Below, piece by piece: positions 27,210-39,529 of a stretch of 64,000 bases of DNA. The notes below the pieces were generated by a model, which ran no database searches, was not told the DNA's origin, and saw nothing but the letters and a program-made list of their open reading frames with translations. Both the position numbers and the translations under genes were made by a program. The first letter of the stretch is position 1; each line of letters begins with the position of its first letter. Source of the stretch: Planctomycetia bacterium (lineage in GTDB: Bacteria; Planctomycetota; Planctomycetia; Pirellulales; UBA1268); NCBI GenBank assembly GCA_046343855.1, contig JBKDMX010000091.1:2535-66534 (forward strand), read 5' to 3'.

Positions 27210-27986
27210 TTACCGGAAGGCCTTGGCGATGCCGAGGAAGTCGTCGGCCTTGAGGCTGGCGCCGCCCACGAGTGCCCCGTCGATGTCGGGCTGGCTCGCC
27301 AGATCGGCGGCGTTGTCGGGCTTCACGCTGCCGCCGTATTGGATCCGGATCTTGCCGGCCACCTCCGACGAGGCGAGCGAGCCCAGGAGCGAACGGATCA
27401 GGGCGTGGACCTCCTGCGCCTGCTGCGGCGTGGCCACCTTCCCGGTGCCGATCGCCCAGACCGGCTCGTAGGCGATGACCACCTGCTCGAGTTCGGCCGG
27501 GGAGAGACCGGCGAGCGACCCGCGGATCTGCGTGGTGACGACGGCATCGGTGCGGCCGCCCTCGCGCTCCTCGAGCGTCTCGCCGACGCAGACGATCGGC
27601 GTCAGGCCCGCGGCGAGCGCCGCCTTTGTCTTCACGTTGACGATCCCGTCGGTCTCGCCGAAGAGTGTGCGGCGTTCGGAGTGGCCGAGGATCACGTAGC
27701 GGCAACTGAGATCGACGAGCATCGGCGGGGCGACCTCGCCGGTGAAGGCTCCGCTCGCCTTGTCGTGCATGTTTTGGCCGCCGAGCGCGACGCCGGAGGG
27801 GCTCTTGCCGCCGGCAAGCTTGAGGGCCGTGCCGACGGTTTCGACGTAGACCGCCGGCGGGCAGAGGACGAGCTCGACGCCGGCCGCCTCGCCGCTGCGG
27901 GCCGCGACGGCCTCGGCGAGCTCGCGGGCCTTCGCGCGATCGAGGTTCATCTTCCAGTTACCGGCGACGATCTTTGTGCGGGGCAT
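27210..27986 (-). CDS. tpiA: Triose-phosphate isomerase
   Basis: 258 aa with [26 protein letters not shown] and GGASL motifs. Confidence 0.95.
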   Translation of the reverse strand: MPRTKIVAGNWKMNLDRAKARELAEAVAARSGEAAGVELVLCPPAVYVETVGTALKLAGGKSPSGVALGGQNMHDKASGAFTGEVAPPMLVDLSCRYVILGHSERRTLFGETDGIVNVKTKAALAAGLTPIVCVGETLEEREGGRTDAVVTTQIRGSLAGLSPAELEQVVIAYEPVWAIGTGKVATPQQAQEVHALIRSLLGSLASSEVAGKIRIQYGGSVKPDNAADLASQPDIDGALVGGASLKADDFLGIAKAFR

Positions 27987-28045
27987 GCGTGGCGGTTCCG
28001 TGGGGGGAAGGGATTTGAGGAAAGATGATAACGATGCCGCGAACG

Positions 28046-28098
28046 GTAGGACAGGCTTCAGACTGTCACGGGCATCGACAAGGTGAAGCCTGTCCTAC
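28046..28098. repeat. REP-like hairpin element, type 1, degenerate outward-facing pair
   Basis: gtaggacaggcttcagactgtc (28046-28067) ... gacaaggtgaagcctgtcctac (28077-28098). Contains the pheA TAG stop. Confidence 0.75.
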
Positions 28099-29210
28099 CC
28101 CACCGCGGCGGCGCTGGCGTATGACCCCAGGATCACCACCCGCTTGCACCGCTTTTCGAGGGCGGCGATCGCGCGGCGCACGCGGAGGTCGTCGCGGTGC
28201 CCCTCGAGCTCCACGAAGAACACGTAGCCGCGTTCCTCGCCCGGCAGCGGAAACGACTCGATCCAGGTGAGGTTGAGCTTCTGCTTCTTCGGGATCGCCA
28301 GCGCATCGGCGAGGCCGCCGGGCTTGTGCTCGATCTCGAACATCAGCGACGTCTTGTCTTTGCCGGTGCGGGCCGAGTCGGCATGGCCGATCACGGCGAA
28401 GCGGGTCGTGTTGCCGGCGATGTCTTCGATATTCTCGGCGAGGATGTCGAGGCCGTAATGCACGCCCGCCTGGCGGCTGGCGATCGCGGCGGCATGGGGC
28501 GTCTTGGCGGCCATTTCGGCGGCGGCGCTCGTGCTCGTCACCTCGACGAGCCGCGCGTCGGGCAGGTGGCGGGCCAGCCAGTTGCGGCATTGCGAGAGCG
28601 CCTGCGGCCGGCTGTAGACCTCGCGGATGCTCGAGCGATCGCAGTTGGCGAGCAGGTTGTGGTGGATCCGCAGCGGCACCTCGGCGCAGATCTTCACGGG
28701 CAGCCGCGAGAAATTGTCGAGCGTGTCGGCGATGCGGCCATCGGTGGAGTTTTCGAGCGGCACGACGCCGTAGTGCGAATGGCCCGCGTGCACTTCCTCG
28801 AAGGCGGCGGAGATGCTCGCGACAGGCACGAATTCAACAGACGTGCCGAAGCGGTGGAGGGCGGCGAGGTGGCTGTAGGTCCACGCCGGGCCGAGGTGCG
28901 CCACGCGCAAGTGCTGCTCGATCGCCCGCGATCCCGAGATCAGCTCGCGGAAGACGGCCTTCAGGCTGTCGTTCGAGAGCGGGCCCACGTTCGACGAGGC
29001 GACGCGTTCGAGCACCGTCTCCTCGCGGGAGGGATCGTAGGTCTGCTGGCCGTTGGTCTTCTTGATTTGGCCGATCTGTCCGGCGAGTTTCGCCCGCTCG
29101 TTCATCCGCTCGACGAGCTCGCGATCGATCCGATCGATCTGCGCGCGGAGCCCGGCCAGGCCGGCGTGTTTCGCGGCGTCGGGCGACGGCTTGGAGGGCT
29201 GTTTCGCCAT
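28095..29210 (-). CDS. pheA: Bifunctional chorismate mutase / prephenate dehydratase (P-protein)
   Basis: 371 aa from the ATG at 29210 (MAKQPSKP...). Chorismate mutase helix (LRAQIDRIDRELVERMNERAKL), PDT domain (VAHLGPAWTYSH, PLENSTDG), and C-terminal ACT (TSLMFEIEHKPGGLADAL). The rest of the 1084-aa track ORF is antisense to dnaK. Confidence 0.9.
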   Translation of the reverse strand: MAKQPSKPSPDAAKHAGLAGLRAQIDRIDRELVERMNERAKLAGQIGQIKKTNGQQTYDPSREETVLERVASSNVGPLSNDSLKAVFRELISGSRAIEQHLRVAHLGPAWTYSHLAALHRFGTSVEFVPVASISAAFEEVHAGHSHYGVVPLENSTDGRIADTLDNFSRLPVKICAEVPLRIHHNLLANCDRSSIREVYSRPQALSQCRNWLARHLPDARLVEVTSTSAAAEMAAKTPHAAAIASRQAGVHYGLDILAENIEDIAGNTTRFAVIGHADSARTGKDKTSLMFEIEHKPGGLADALAIPKKQKLNLTWIESFPLPGEERGYVFFVELEGHRDDLRVRRAIAALEKRCKRVVILGSYASAAAVG

Positions 29211-29438
29211 GGTGTGCGGCGGAAGCGGCCAAAATGGCAGCCGGGGAAAGATCCCGGGAGGCGGCGGAACCCGCGACTGCCAACTGTACCCTGAATAAAG
29301 CCCGCGTAAATATGCCCTGTCTGCCCCGCCGCCCGACTTCCGCACGCCGCTGGCACGGGCTTTGCTTTCTGCCTGGGTACCCAGACCGGCTAACCAGATC
29401 GGCAGACAATTCCGGCGGAGAGAGAGGAAACAACACTC

Positions 29439-31346
29439 ATGGCTACCAAGCAGGGCGAGAAGATCATCGGCATCGACCTCGGCACCACGAATTCCGTGGT
29501 GGCCGTCATGGAGGGCAAGGAGCCCAAGGTCATCGCCAACAAGGAAGGCAATCGACTCACCCCGAGCGTGGTCGCCTTCAACGACAAGGGTGAGACGCTC
29601 GTGGGCGACATCGCCCGCCGCCAGGCCGTCACCAACCCCAAGCGCACGATCTACTCGATCAAGCGGTTCATGGGCCGCCGCCACAACGAGGTGGCCGGCG
29701 AAGAGAAGATGGTTCCCTACGAGGTCGTCGGCGGCCCCGAGGACTACGTCAAGGTGAAGGCGGGCGATCAGACGTTCACGCCGCCGGAAGTCTCCGCGAA
29801 GGTGCTGCGGTCGCTGAAGGAATCGGCCGAGGCCTATCTCGGCCACAAGGTCAACAAGGCGGTGATCACCGTCCCGGCCTACTTCAACGACGCCCAGCGC
29901 CAGGCCACGAAAGACGCCGGTCAGATCGCGGGCCTCGAGGTGATGCGGATCATCAACGAGCCCACGGCGGCCGCGCTCGCCTACGGCCTCGAGAAGAAGG
30001 CCCAGGAAAAGATCGTGGTGTTCGATCTCGGCGGCGGCACGTTCGACGTGTCGGTGCTCGAGGTGGCCGACGGCGTGTTCCGCGTGATCAGCACCAATGG
30101 CGACACGCACCTCGGCGGCGACGATTTCGACCAGGCGCTCATCAACTACGTGGCCGACCAGTTCCAGAAGGAGCAGGGGATCGACCTCCGGAAAGACACG
30201 ATGGCCCTGCAGCGTCTCCAGGAGGCCTGCGAGAAGGCCAAGAAGGAGCTCTCCAGCGCCCAGAGCACCGACATCAACCTGCCGTTCATCACGGCCGATG
30301 CCTCGGGGCCGAAGCATCTGCAGGTCACCATCACGCGAGCGCAGTTCGAGCAGATGTGTGATCACTTGATCGAGAAGTGCCGCGGTCCGGTGGTGCAGGC
30401 GCTCAAGGACGCCAAGCTCGACCCGAAGGACATCGACGAGGTCGTGCTCGTCGGCGGCTCGACCCGCATCCCGAAGGTACAGGAGCTCGTCAAGAAGATC
30501 TTCTCGAAGGAGCCCCACAAGGGCGTGAATCCCGACGAGGTCGTGGCGCTCGGCGCGGCGATCCAGGGCGGCGTGCTCGGCGGCGACGTGCAGGACGTGC
30601 TCCTGCTCGACGTGACGCCGCTGAGCCTGGGCATCGAGACGGAAGGCGGCCTGTTCACCAAGCTCGTCGAGCGGAATACCACCGTGCCGACAGAGCGGAA
30701 GCAGGTCTTCAGCACCGCGGCCGACAACCAGACGGCCGTGACCGTGAGTGTCTACCAGGGCGAGCGGCCGATGGCGAAGGACAATCGGCTCCTCGGGCAG
30801 TTCAACCTCGAGGGCATCCCGCCGGCTCCGCGCGGCACGCCGCAGATCGAGGTGAAGTTTGACATCGACGCCAACGGCATCCTGTCGGTGAGCGCGAAGG
30901 ATCTCGGCAGCAACAAGGAGCAGACGGTCAAGATCGAGCAATCGAGCGGGCTCAACGAGGCCGAGATCGAGCGGATGCGGAAAGACGCCGAGCAGAATGC
31001 CGAGGCCGACAAGCAGAAACTGCGGCTGGCCGAGGCCCGCAACAAGGCCGAGGCGCTCTGCTTCCAGACGGAGAAGCTCATCAAGGAGAACGACGGCAAG
31101 CTGTCGGCCTCCGACAAGGCTCCGATCGAGGCGGCGATCGCCAAGGCCCGCGAGGTCGCGAAGGGCGAGGATGTCGACGCCATCACGTCGGCCCACAGCT
31201 CGCTCGAGCAGGCGGCCCACGCGCTCTCGAAGGTTTTGTATGAGGCGACTGCCCAGCGCGGCGGCGCGGCCCCCGAGGCCGCGGCGAGTGGCGCGGGCAA
31301 GGGTCCCGACGACGCCATCGACGCGGAGTTCGAGGTGAAGGGTTAG
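29439..31346 (+). CDS. dnaK: Molecular chaperone DnaK (Hsp70)
   Basis: 635 aa with canonical [18 protein letters not shown] and [10 protein letters not shown] motifs. Confidence 0.97.
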   Translation: MATKQGEKIIGIDLGTTNSVVAVMEGKEPKVIANKEGNRLTPSVVAFNDKGETLVGDIARRQAVTNPKRTIYSIKRFMGRRHNEVAGEEKMVPYEVVGGPEDYVKVKAGDQTFTPPEVSAKVLRSLKESAEAYLGHKVNKAVITVPAYFNDAQRQATKDAGQIAGLEVMRIINEPTAAALAYGLEKKAQEKIVVFDLGGGTFDVSVLEVADGVFRVISTNGDTHLGGDDFDQALINYVADQFQKEQGIDLRKDTMALQRLQEACEKAKKELSSAQSTDINLPFITADASGPKHLQVTITRAQFEQMCDHLIEKCRGPVVQALKDAKLDPKDIDEVVLVGGSTRIPKVQELVKKIFSKEPHKGVNPDEVVALGAAIQGGVLGGDVQDVLLLDVTPLSLGIETEGGLFTKLVERNTTVPTERKQVFSTAADNQTAVTVSVYQGERPMAKDNRLLGQFNLEGIPPAPRGTPQIEVKFDIDANGILSVSAKDLGSNKEQTVKIEQSSGLNEAEIERMRKDAEQNAEADKQKLRLAEARNKAEALCFQTEKLIKENDGKLSASDKAPIEAAIAKAREVAKGEDVDAITSAHSSLEQAAHALSKVLYEATAQRGGAAPEAAASGAGKGPDDAIDAEFEVKG

Positions 31347-31359
31347 CACCCATCACCCG

Positions 31360-31412
31360 GTAGGACAGGCTTCAGCCTGTCACGTTTGACGACAGGCTGA
31401 AGCCTGTCCTAC
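31360..31412. repeat. REP-like hairpin element, type 1, perfect outward-facing pair
   Basis: gtaggacaggcttcagcctgtc (31360-31381), a 9-nt spacer, then gacaggctgaagcctgtcctac (31391-31412). The two units are exact reverse complements. Confidence 0.9.
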
Positions 31413-31423
31413 GGGGAGGTTCC

Positions 31424-34062
<2,639 letters not shown>

Positions 34063-34063
<1 letters not shown>

Positions 34064-34120
34064 TACGACAGGCCTCTGTGCCTGTCACCGGCGATAGACA
34101 GGCACGGAGGCCTGCCCTAC
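34063..34120. repeat. REP-like hairpin element, type 2, outward-facing pair
   Basis: gtacgacaggcctctgtgcctgtc (34063-34086) ... gacaggcacggaggcctgccctac (34097-34120). Begins at the last base of the clpB TAG. Confidence 0.8.
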
Positions 34121-34122
34121 GT

Positions 34123-34320
34123 TCAGCTGCGCTTGCGCTCGGCGAGACCCATCTTGGCGATCAGTGTCTCGGCGCCGGGCGTCATCTTGCGGAGCTTGTC
34201 GGCCATGGCGAGCTTCTCGCTGGTGGTGGCCTTCTTCAGCTTCGTCTGATACTTGGCGACCTTCTTCTTGCGGTGCCGACGCCGCTTGATTTCCTTCATC
34301 CGGTTGCTGATGCCACCCAT
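34123..34320 (-). CDS. Small, highly basic hypothetical protein
   Basis: 65 aa from the ATG at 34320 (MGGISNRMKEIKRRRHRKKKVAKYQTKLKK...). The longer track ORF adds an unlikely N-terminus. Confidence 0.5.
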   Translation of the reverse strand: MGGISNRMKEIKRRRHRKKKVAKYQTKLKKATTSEKLAMADKLRKMTPGAETLIAKMGLAERKRS

Positions 34321-34424
34321 GATCTGATCCTTTGACACGTGTTCGGGTTTGTGCGGGAAAGCCCAGACTGTAGAAAAAGGCCGGCAAACAGTCAAAGCCC
34401 CTTATTCCCGGAGGTCGTGCCGCG

Positions 34425-35693
34425 ATGGATCAACAGTGGCGCACGTGGCTCCTGATCGGTGCGACGGGCTTCGGCGGGCCGGCCGGACAGATGGCGATCC
34501 TCCATCGCGAGGTGGTCGAGCGGAAGCGATGGCTCGATGAGGAGGAGTTTCTCGCGGCGATGCGGCTCTGCATGCTCCTGCCGGGCCCAGAGGCGCAGCA
34601 GCTCGCGACGTACGCGGGCTGGCGGCTTGGCGGGCTCGCCGGCGGGCTGCTCGCCGGCACGCTCTTCGTGCTGCCCGGGGCGCTGCTCGTGACGGCGCTT
34701 GCCTGGCTGCATGCGGCGGGCGAGTCGGTGCCGCTCATCGCGGCCGCCTTCGCGGGCACACGGCCAGCGGTGGTGGCGCTCGTGGGATTGGCTGCCTGGC
34801 GGATCGGCCGGAAATCGATCCGGACGGCGGCTGCGGCCGTGATCGCGGTGGCAGCGTTTGCAGCGCTCGCCGCCGGCGTGCCGTTTCCGCTCGTCGTTGC
34901 GATCGCGGGGATCGCGGGCTGGCTCTTGCCGCTCGATCTCGCGGCATCGGCCCGCGGCAAACCGTCCGCGGCCGCGCAGGGAGCGGAGTCACTGGCGCCG
35001 TCGGGGGCGGACGTCTCGCGGGCCGCGGCGATCCGGTGGCCGGTTGCGATTGCCGCTGCTGCGCTCCTCGTGTGGATCGCCTGCTATGGAATCGTGTGGC
35101 GTCTCGACCTCGCCGGTGGGGCCGGCCCCGCGATTGCGAGGCTCTTCACGGAGACGACGCTGCTCTCGCTCGGCGGCGCGTATGCCGTGGTGCCCTGGGC
35201 GCTCGATGAGTCGGTGGCCCGCGGCTGGCTCGAGCCGGCGGAGCGATTCGATGCGCTCGCGATGGGGGAGGCGACGCCGGGCCCGCTGATCCTGGTGGTC
35301 ACGTTCATCGGGTTTCTGGCCGGGTGGAAGACGGACCCTTCGGCCGCCGCCACGGCGGGCCTCGAGGGGGCGGCGATCGCGACGCTCTTCGCGTTCATCC
35401 CGTCGTTTGGGATGGTGCTGGCGCTCGCGCCGCTCGTGCGCACAATCCGCGCCGGATCGCGGCTCGGTCGGGCGATGACGGCGATCGGGGCGGCGGTGGT
35501 GGCCGCGATCGTGCTCTTGGGCCTGCGGCTCGCGGCCGGCGCGTTTTTTCCGCAGGGCAGCCCGGAGATCGTGCCGCTCCTGGTGGCGGCTGCGAGCGGC
35601 ACCGTGCTGGCGCTGGGCCGTGCATCGACGCCGGTCGTGGTGCTGGCATCGGCCGTGCTCGGCGCGGCCATTCACGCTAGACTTGCGGGCTGA
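34425..35693 (+). CDS. chrA: Chromate transporter (two-domain ChrA)
   Basis: 422 aa with GFGGPAGQMAILHREVVERKRWL and PGPEAQQLATYAGW in the first half, and a second CHR repeat (GEATPGPLILVVTFIGF). Confidence 0.85.
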   Translation: MDQQWRTWLLIGATGFGGPAGQMAILHREVVERKRWLDEEEFLAAMRLCMLLPGPEAQQLATYAGWRLGGLAGGLLAGTLFVLPGALLVTALAWLHAAGESVPLIAAAFAGTRPAVVALVGLAAWRIGRKSIRTAAAAVIAVAAFAALAAGVPFPLVVAIAGIAGWLLPLDLAASARGKPSAAAQGAESLAPSGADVSRAAAIRWPVAIAAAALLVWIACYGIVWRLDLAGGAGPAIARLFTETTLLSLGGAYAVVPWALDESVARGWLEPAERFDALAMGEATPGPLILVVTFIGFLAGWKTDPSAAATAGLEGAAIATLFAFIPSFGMVLALAPLVRTIRAGSRLGRAMTAIGAAVVAAIVLLGLRLAAGAFFPQGSPEIVPLLVAAASGTVLALGRASTPVVVLASAVLGAAIHARLAG

Positions 35694-35695
35694 AC

Positions 35696-35782
35696 GGATG
35701 GGTGGCAGAGCGGTTGAATGCACCGGTCTTGAAAACCGGCAGCGGCGAAAGTCGCTCGTGGGTTCGAATCCCACCCCATCCG
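35696..35782 (+). tRNA. tRNA-Ser (anticodon UGA), class II with long variable arm
   Basis: Hand fold: acceptor GGATGGG/CCCATCC; anticodon stem CCGGT/ACCGG with loop CTTGAAA; variable arm GCGGCGAAAGTCGC; T arm GTGGGTTCGAATCCCAC; discriminator G. CCA is not encoded. Confidence 0.9.
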
Positions 35783-35787
35783 CTTTT

Positions 35788-36012
35788 CTATTCCGACCCG
35801 CTGGGCGTCTCTTCCGGCCGACGCGTGATGGCGAAGTAGGCGACGTAGAGCCAGCTCAGCAGGCCTGCGATGATCGCCCACACGATCGAGCGATTGCGGT
35901 GCCACGAGCAGACGACCGCGATCACGGAGCCAAGGCTGACGCCGTCACGGACGACGCTGACGAGCCCACCGCCGGGGATGGTCTCAAACACGATTTCAGC
36001 GAGGAGAGGCAT
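35788..36012 (-). CDS. Small membrane protein, hypothetical
   Basis: 74 aa with two hydrophobic segments. The stop lies 6 nt from the tRNA 3' end. Lower GC than the surroundings. Confidence 0.45.
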   Translation of the reverse strand: MPLLAEIVFETIPGGGLVSVVRDGVSLGSVIAVVCSWHRNRSIVWAIIAGLLSWLYVAYFAITRRPEETPSGSE

Positions 36013-36018
36013 GGTTGT

Positions 36019-36483
36019 TCATTTCCCGAGCACGATGATGGCCGAGCCGATGAAGATGAAAATGCCGCCGAGCACGACCGGGAGCTGCAGCTGCCCCTTG
36101 AAGAGCAGCACCGAGAAGAGGGCGACGAAGAGAGGGTAGGAGATTTCCAGAACAGCCGATTTGTTCGCCCCGAGCAGTTGGATCGAGCCGAGGATGGACA
36201 GGGCTGCCGCCGTGGCCGTGATGAGCGTCAGGCCAATCAGCGGCAGGCTGGCCTTGGCCGTGTCGATCGAGAACAAGGCGGTTGGCGAAGTCCCCTGAAT
36301 AAGCAGGATCACACCGGCAACCAGTAGGCCACACAAGCAGTGCAGGAAATAGAGTTTGAATACCGACAGGCTCGACAAAACCCGTTCATCGAGGCAGTAG
36401 GTCAGGCCCCAGAGGACCGACGCCAAGACCGCCAAGATGAAGCCGAGATTGAAGTGCGATGCGGTGGTCAGCGGGTTGGTCAT
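36019..36483 (-). CDS. Single-EamA-domain DMT-superfamily transporter
   Basis: 154 aa with about 5 TM segments. EamA-like pattern (FILAVLASVLWGLTY ... AVLEISYPLFVALFSVLLF). GGAGG lies upstream. Visibly lower GC. Confidence 0.65.
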   Translation of the reverse strand: MTNPLTTASHFNLGFILAVLASVLWGLTYCLDERVLSSLSVFKLYFLHCLCGLLVAGVILLIQGTSPTALFSIDTAKASLPLIGLTLITATAAALSILGSIQLLGANKSAVLEISYPLFVALFSVLLFKGQLQLPVVLGGIFIFIGSAIIVLGK

Positions 36484-36564
36484 CGAGGCCTCCGGGTGGG
36501 ATCAGGGCAGATCATGTTCTCAGAACGCCTCGAGTCTAGAGCTTGTCTGCGTTTCGGGATGCGT

Positions 36565-36753
36565 TCATGGGCGGACCTCCGTGGTGCCCTCGACGTGGCG
36601 GGGCTCGTAGGGACAGTGCCGGCAGCCAGAGCCGCAGCAGGAACCGCGCTTCAGGTGGTAGGCGGCCGTGTAGACCAACAGGCCGTTTTCGAAGTACCAG
36701 TCGGGCTCCTGGGGGCCGTTCGTGTTTGCTTGGTGCGGCTGCTCTGGAGGCAT
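36565..36753 (-). CDS. DUF5522-like Cys-rich small protein
   Basis: WYFENGLLVYTAAYHLKRGSCCGSGCRHCPYEP matches the DUF5522 signature as I recall it. The internal ATG at 36753 avoids overlap with the upstream methyltransferase gene. Confidence 0.65.
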   Translation of the reverse strand: MPPEQPHQANTNGPQEPDWYFENGLLVYTAAYHLKRGSCCGSGCRHCPYEPRHVEGTTEVRP

Positions 36754-36767
36754 CGGTGGCTTCGCAA

Positions 36768-37523
36768 TCAGCGTCTGGCGACGAGAACCTGGTTGCAGGC
36801 GTGGGCCGCGGCGTTGCACCCGTCATCGTAGTCGCTGGGCACGAGCGAGACGGCAAAGCCGAGTTCCTGGAGCCGCGTCATGATCGGGCCGCAGTAGGGG
36901 TGGCGCTCAGGCGGCTGCGTCCACGTGTGCATGCCCGGAATCCGCAGTTCGCATCGCGCCACCCGGGCCAACTCCTCGACCGACCGGAGATGAAACGCGA
37001 GGCCGAATTCGTCGCCGGCATGCATGCCGCCATCTGCGAGCGGGGCATAGACCATGAGGAAGTTCGCCGTCAGCACCAGATCGAAGGCCCCGTCGGCAAA
37101 CGGCAGCGAAGGCAGCGCGCCGGCCACGTAGCGGCCCGTGTCGCGTCGCTGCCGATAGTCGGCCGCGAACCGGTCCAGGGCGGCGTATTTGGACCGGTAA
37201 AAAGCATCGATGTCGTCATACACGAGCACGCCGGGATGGCTGCGAATCTGCTCTCGGCAGGCAACGATGTCGGCCTTCCCTTGCGCAATGATCGTCTCGG
37301 GATCGCCGCCGTAGAGAGGGTCGCAGCCAGTCACGTCGTAGCCGAGCGCCAGAGCATCGGCGACGAAGCTTCCCGGGCCACTGGCGACGTCGAGAATCCG
37401 CAGCCCGGTGAGCGACTCCTGCTCGAGGGCCAGCATCCGCAGGTATTCATCCAGCGTGCGGCCGAAGAACGCCACGTGGCTGAGCTTGAATCTGTGCTCG
37501 GAGGCGGCCCGGCTCTGGCTCAT
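36768..37523 (-). CDS. Class I SAM-dependent methyltransferase
   Basis: 251 aa with motif I ILDVASGPGSF and post-I acidic residue (YDVTGCDP). Confidence 0.8.
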   Translation of the reverse strand: MSQSRAASEHRFKLSHVAFFGRTLDEYLRMLALEQESLTGLRILDVASGPGSFVADALALGYDVTGCDPLYGGDPETIIAQGKADIVACREQIRSHPGVLVYDDIDAFYRSKYAALDRFAADYRQRRDTGRYVAGALPSLPFADGAFDLVLTANFLMVYAPLADGGMHAGDEFGLAFHLRSVEELARVARCELRIPGMHTWTQPPERHPYCGPIMTRLQELGFAVSLVPSDYDDGCNAAAHACNQVLVARR

Positions 37524-37743
37524 GATTGCGAGTCTTTCGTCAAGCCCAGGTCCAAGAGCGTGAACGGACCCGGGTAACGCAGGAGCACGCCATCCAATTC
37601 ACTTCCACGATCGATCGGTAGGCATGCCACTGGTTGAAGCACCGGGGGGATGGCGTTCTCATAACCGATAGGTTGCCCGCCAGCGGGCGTTCTGGCTAGC
37701 GGGCTTTTCCCGGAGCATCGCCGGTGCCGATAACACTCCCATC

Positions 37744-38433
37744 ATGCCCGCCCAGACCTTTCTTCCCGGCCCGACGCCCAACACCGTCCGCACCCCTTCC
37801 GGCCAGACGCTTGCGATCCCGACCGGCTGGGAGCTCGTGCCGCCCGGTGATGCAGCCCTGACTCGCCGTGTGAAGGCTGCCGGGGAGCACTGGCTCATCC
37901 AGGAAAAGGTCGGCCGCAACATTTTCTCTCGTGGCGTCTGGGCGCCCCGGGACACCATCCACCAGATTCGGGAAGAACTGGTCGCTGAGCGGTCCACCCC
38001 GGCGTATGCCAAGCGGCGTGCGGCAGACACGAAGCGTCGCGACGCCCAGCAGGCCGGGTATGTCGAAGACTTTCGGGCGGCCGTGCTGGAGTTTTTGGCA
38101 TTTCACGAGCGGCACGCCGAGTTGGCGCAGCACCTCGCCAAGGCCGTCGCGGAACACGCCACGCCGGTCGGCAGCGGCACCGTGGCCCGCACGAAGCGCA
38201 TTCCCATCGAGCGGCGGGCCGAGGCTGCGGTGATCGCCTGGATGCGACACCAGACGACCGGCTACGACTCGATGAAAATCGCCCGCGTGAAGGGACAGCG
38301 CCGGGAGGTTCGCCGGATGCTTGCGCTGCGGTCGAAGGAGCTGCTGTCGACATATCGACGGGGCGAACCTGCTTCAACTGCTTGTCCACTGGCTCGGGCA
38401 CTCGCGAGCCGCGCATCTGGCGAGCCGGCCTGA
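37744..38433 (+). CDS. DUF2293-domain protein
   Basis: 229 aa. ARTKRIPIERRAEAAVIAWMRHQTTGYDSMKIARVKGQRREVRR matches the DUF2293 core as I recall it. Confidence 0.7.
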   Translation: MPAQTFLPGPTPNTVRTPSGQTLAIPTGWELVPPGDAALTRRVKAAGEHWLIQEKVGRNIFSRGVWAPRDTIHQIREELVAERSTPAYAKRRAADTKRRDAQQAGYVEDFRAAVLEFLAFHERHAELAQHLAKAVAEHATPVGSGTVARTKRIPIERRAEAAVIAWMRHQTTGYDSMKIARVKGQRREVRRMLALRSKELLSTYRRGEPASTACPLARALASRASGEPA

Positions 38434-38599
38434 CCGCGTCGGAAGTGACTGCTTGCACGGGGTTTGGGTGCGGTCGGCCCTGCTTTCCCCGGGCGCGAAG
38501 AGGAAGCCGCAGCCGGCCAGCCGCGGTGCCGTCGCGGGATAATCGTCCCGGGGCAGAACGCCGTGGTGCTACGTTCCACCCGAAGGGCAGGCGTGAGCC

Positions 38600-39499
38600 A
38601 TGCGGATGAACACGATCCTGCCGCGGCCTTCGCCCAGGGCGGGCTTCAGCCTGGTGGAACTGCTCGTCGTCATCGCCATCATCGCCACGTTGGTCGCGCT
38701 GCTCCTGCCGGCCGTTCAGTCGGTGCGGGAATCCGCCCGAACCACGGCCTGCCGCAACAACCTGCGACAGTTCGGCGTGGCGATGCACAGCTATGAAACG
38801 GGCCGCAGGCAGCTTCCCACCGGCTATCGGTTCGTAACGCACCCCCAGGGCAACGCCTCCGGGTTTTCGTGGGGCGCGCTCCTGCTGCCGTTCATCGAAG
38901 AGGATGCGGTCTACAAGGCGCTGCGGTTCGATCTCCCGATCCACGCTCCCGCGAATCTGGCGGCGCGGGAGCGGCACCTGCCGGTCTTTCTCTGTCCGGC
39001 CGACACGATTTCGGCGACCGGCTTCGTCCCCATGGGCGACGAGCGCTATGCGATGGCCTGCTACGTCGGCAACTTCGGTCCACCAGACCTGGACGAGACC
39101 CAGGAGCAACGCGAAGGCGTGTTCAGCCGCAACAGCCGCACGCGCCTGAAAGACATCTCGGATGGCCTCTCCAAGACCTACATGCTCGGCGAGCGTCAGA
39201 ACGGTCCATTCCGTCAGGCCGCCGTTCACGGCAATCACTTCCAGTATGAAACCATCTGGGCGGGGGCCGTTCGCGACCTCGACGACCCGACCGACGACCA
39301 CGGCCACATGGTGTTGTTTCAGTCCGGCCATCCCCCGAATCATCCGGAGAGCGACGATCGCGACGTCTCCTCGTCGCATCCGGGGTTCGCGCAGTTCCTG
39401 ATCTGCGACGGCTCCGTGCGGACGGTCGAGGAATCGGTCGACGCGGGCCTGCACGTCGCCTGGAGCACCCGCGCCGGCGGCGAAGCGGTGAGGGAGTAG
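38600..39499 (+). CDS. DUF1559 protein with prepilin-type N-terminal cleavage/methylation domain (H-X9-DG family)
   Basis: RAGFSLVELLVVIAIIATLVALLLPAVQSVRESARTTACRNNLRQ, typical of the expanded planctomycete family. Confidence 0.9.
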   Translation: MRMNTILPRPSPRAGFSLVELLVVIAIIATLVALLLPAVQSVRESARTTACRNNLRQFGVAMHSYETGRRQLPTGYRFVTHPQGNASGFSWGALLLPFIEEDAVYKALRFDLPIHAPANLAARERHLPVFLCPADTISATGFVPMGDERYAMACYVGNFGPPDLDETQEQREGVFSRNSRTRLKDISDGLSKTYMLGERQNGPFRQAAVHGNHFQYETIWAGAVRDLDDPTDDHGHMVLFQSGHPPNHPESDDRDVSSSHPGFAQFLICDGSVRTVEESVDAGLHVAWSTRAGGEAVRE

Positions 39500-39507
39500 A
39501 GGCGTGG

Positions 39508-39529
39508 GACAGGCTGAAGCCTGTCCTAC
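39508..39529. repeat. REP-like hairpin element, type 1, single unit
   Basis: gacaggctgaagcctgtcctac. Contains the TAG stop (39526-39528) of the minus-strand DUF1080 gene. Confidence 0.85.

Noticed and set aside
29285-29330. Sigma-32-type heat-shock promoter upstream of dnaK (CTGAAT ... ATATGCCC)
   Set aside because: Only a weak resemblance to CTTGAA-N13-15-CCCCAT. Planctomycete promoter consensus is unknown to me. Not reportable as a feature.
29211-31349. N-terminal 700-aa extension of the pheA track ORF (28095-31349)
   Set aside because: This part is antisense to dnaK and has shadow-ORF composition. pheA has a clear start at 29210 with a chorismate mutase N-terminus.
31344-31360. TTAGCAC immediately after the dnaK stop as a CIRCE (HrcA) half-site
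   Set aside because: No inverted GAGTGCTAA partner within the expected 9-nt spacing, and it lies downstream rather than upstream of dnaK.
35788-36012. The 74-aa two-TM protein as a superinfection-immunity-type protein (H-N...I...LL.W pattern)
   Set aside because: The resemblance is limited to a few residues in a hydrophobic context and cannot be supported without a profile search.
35783-38600. An integrative element or prophage at tRNA-Ser
   Set aside because: No integrase, excisionase, phage genes or att-like repeat of the tRNA 3' end was found by eye. Kept only as a compositional islet in the findings.
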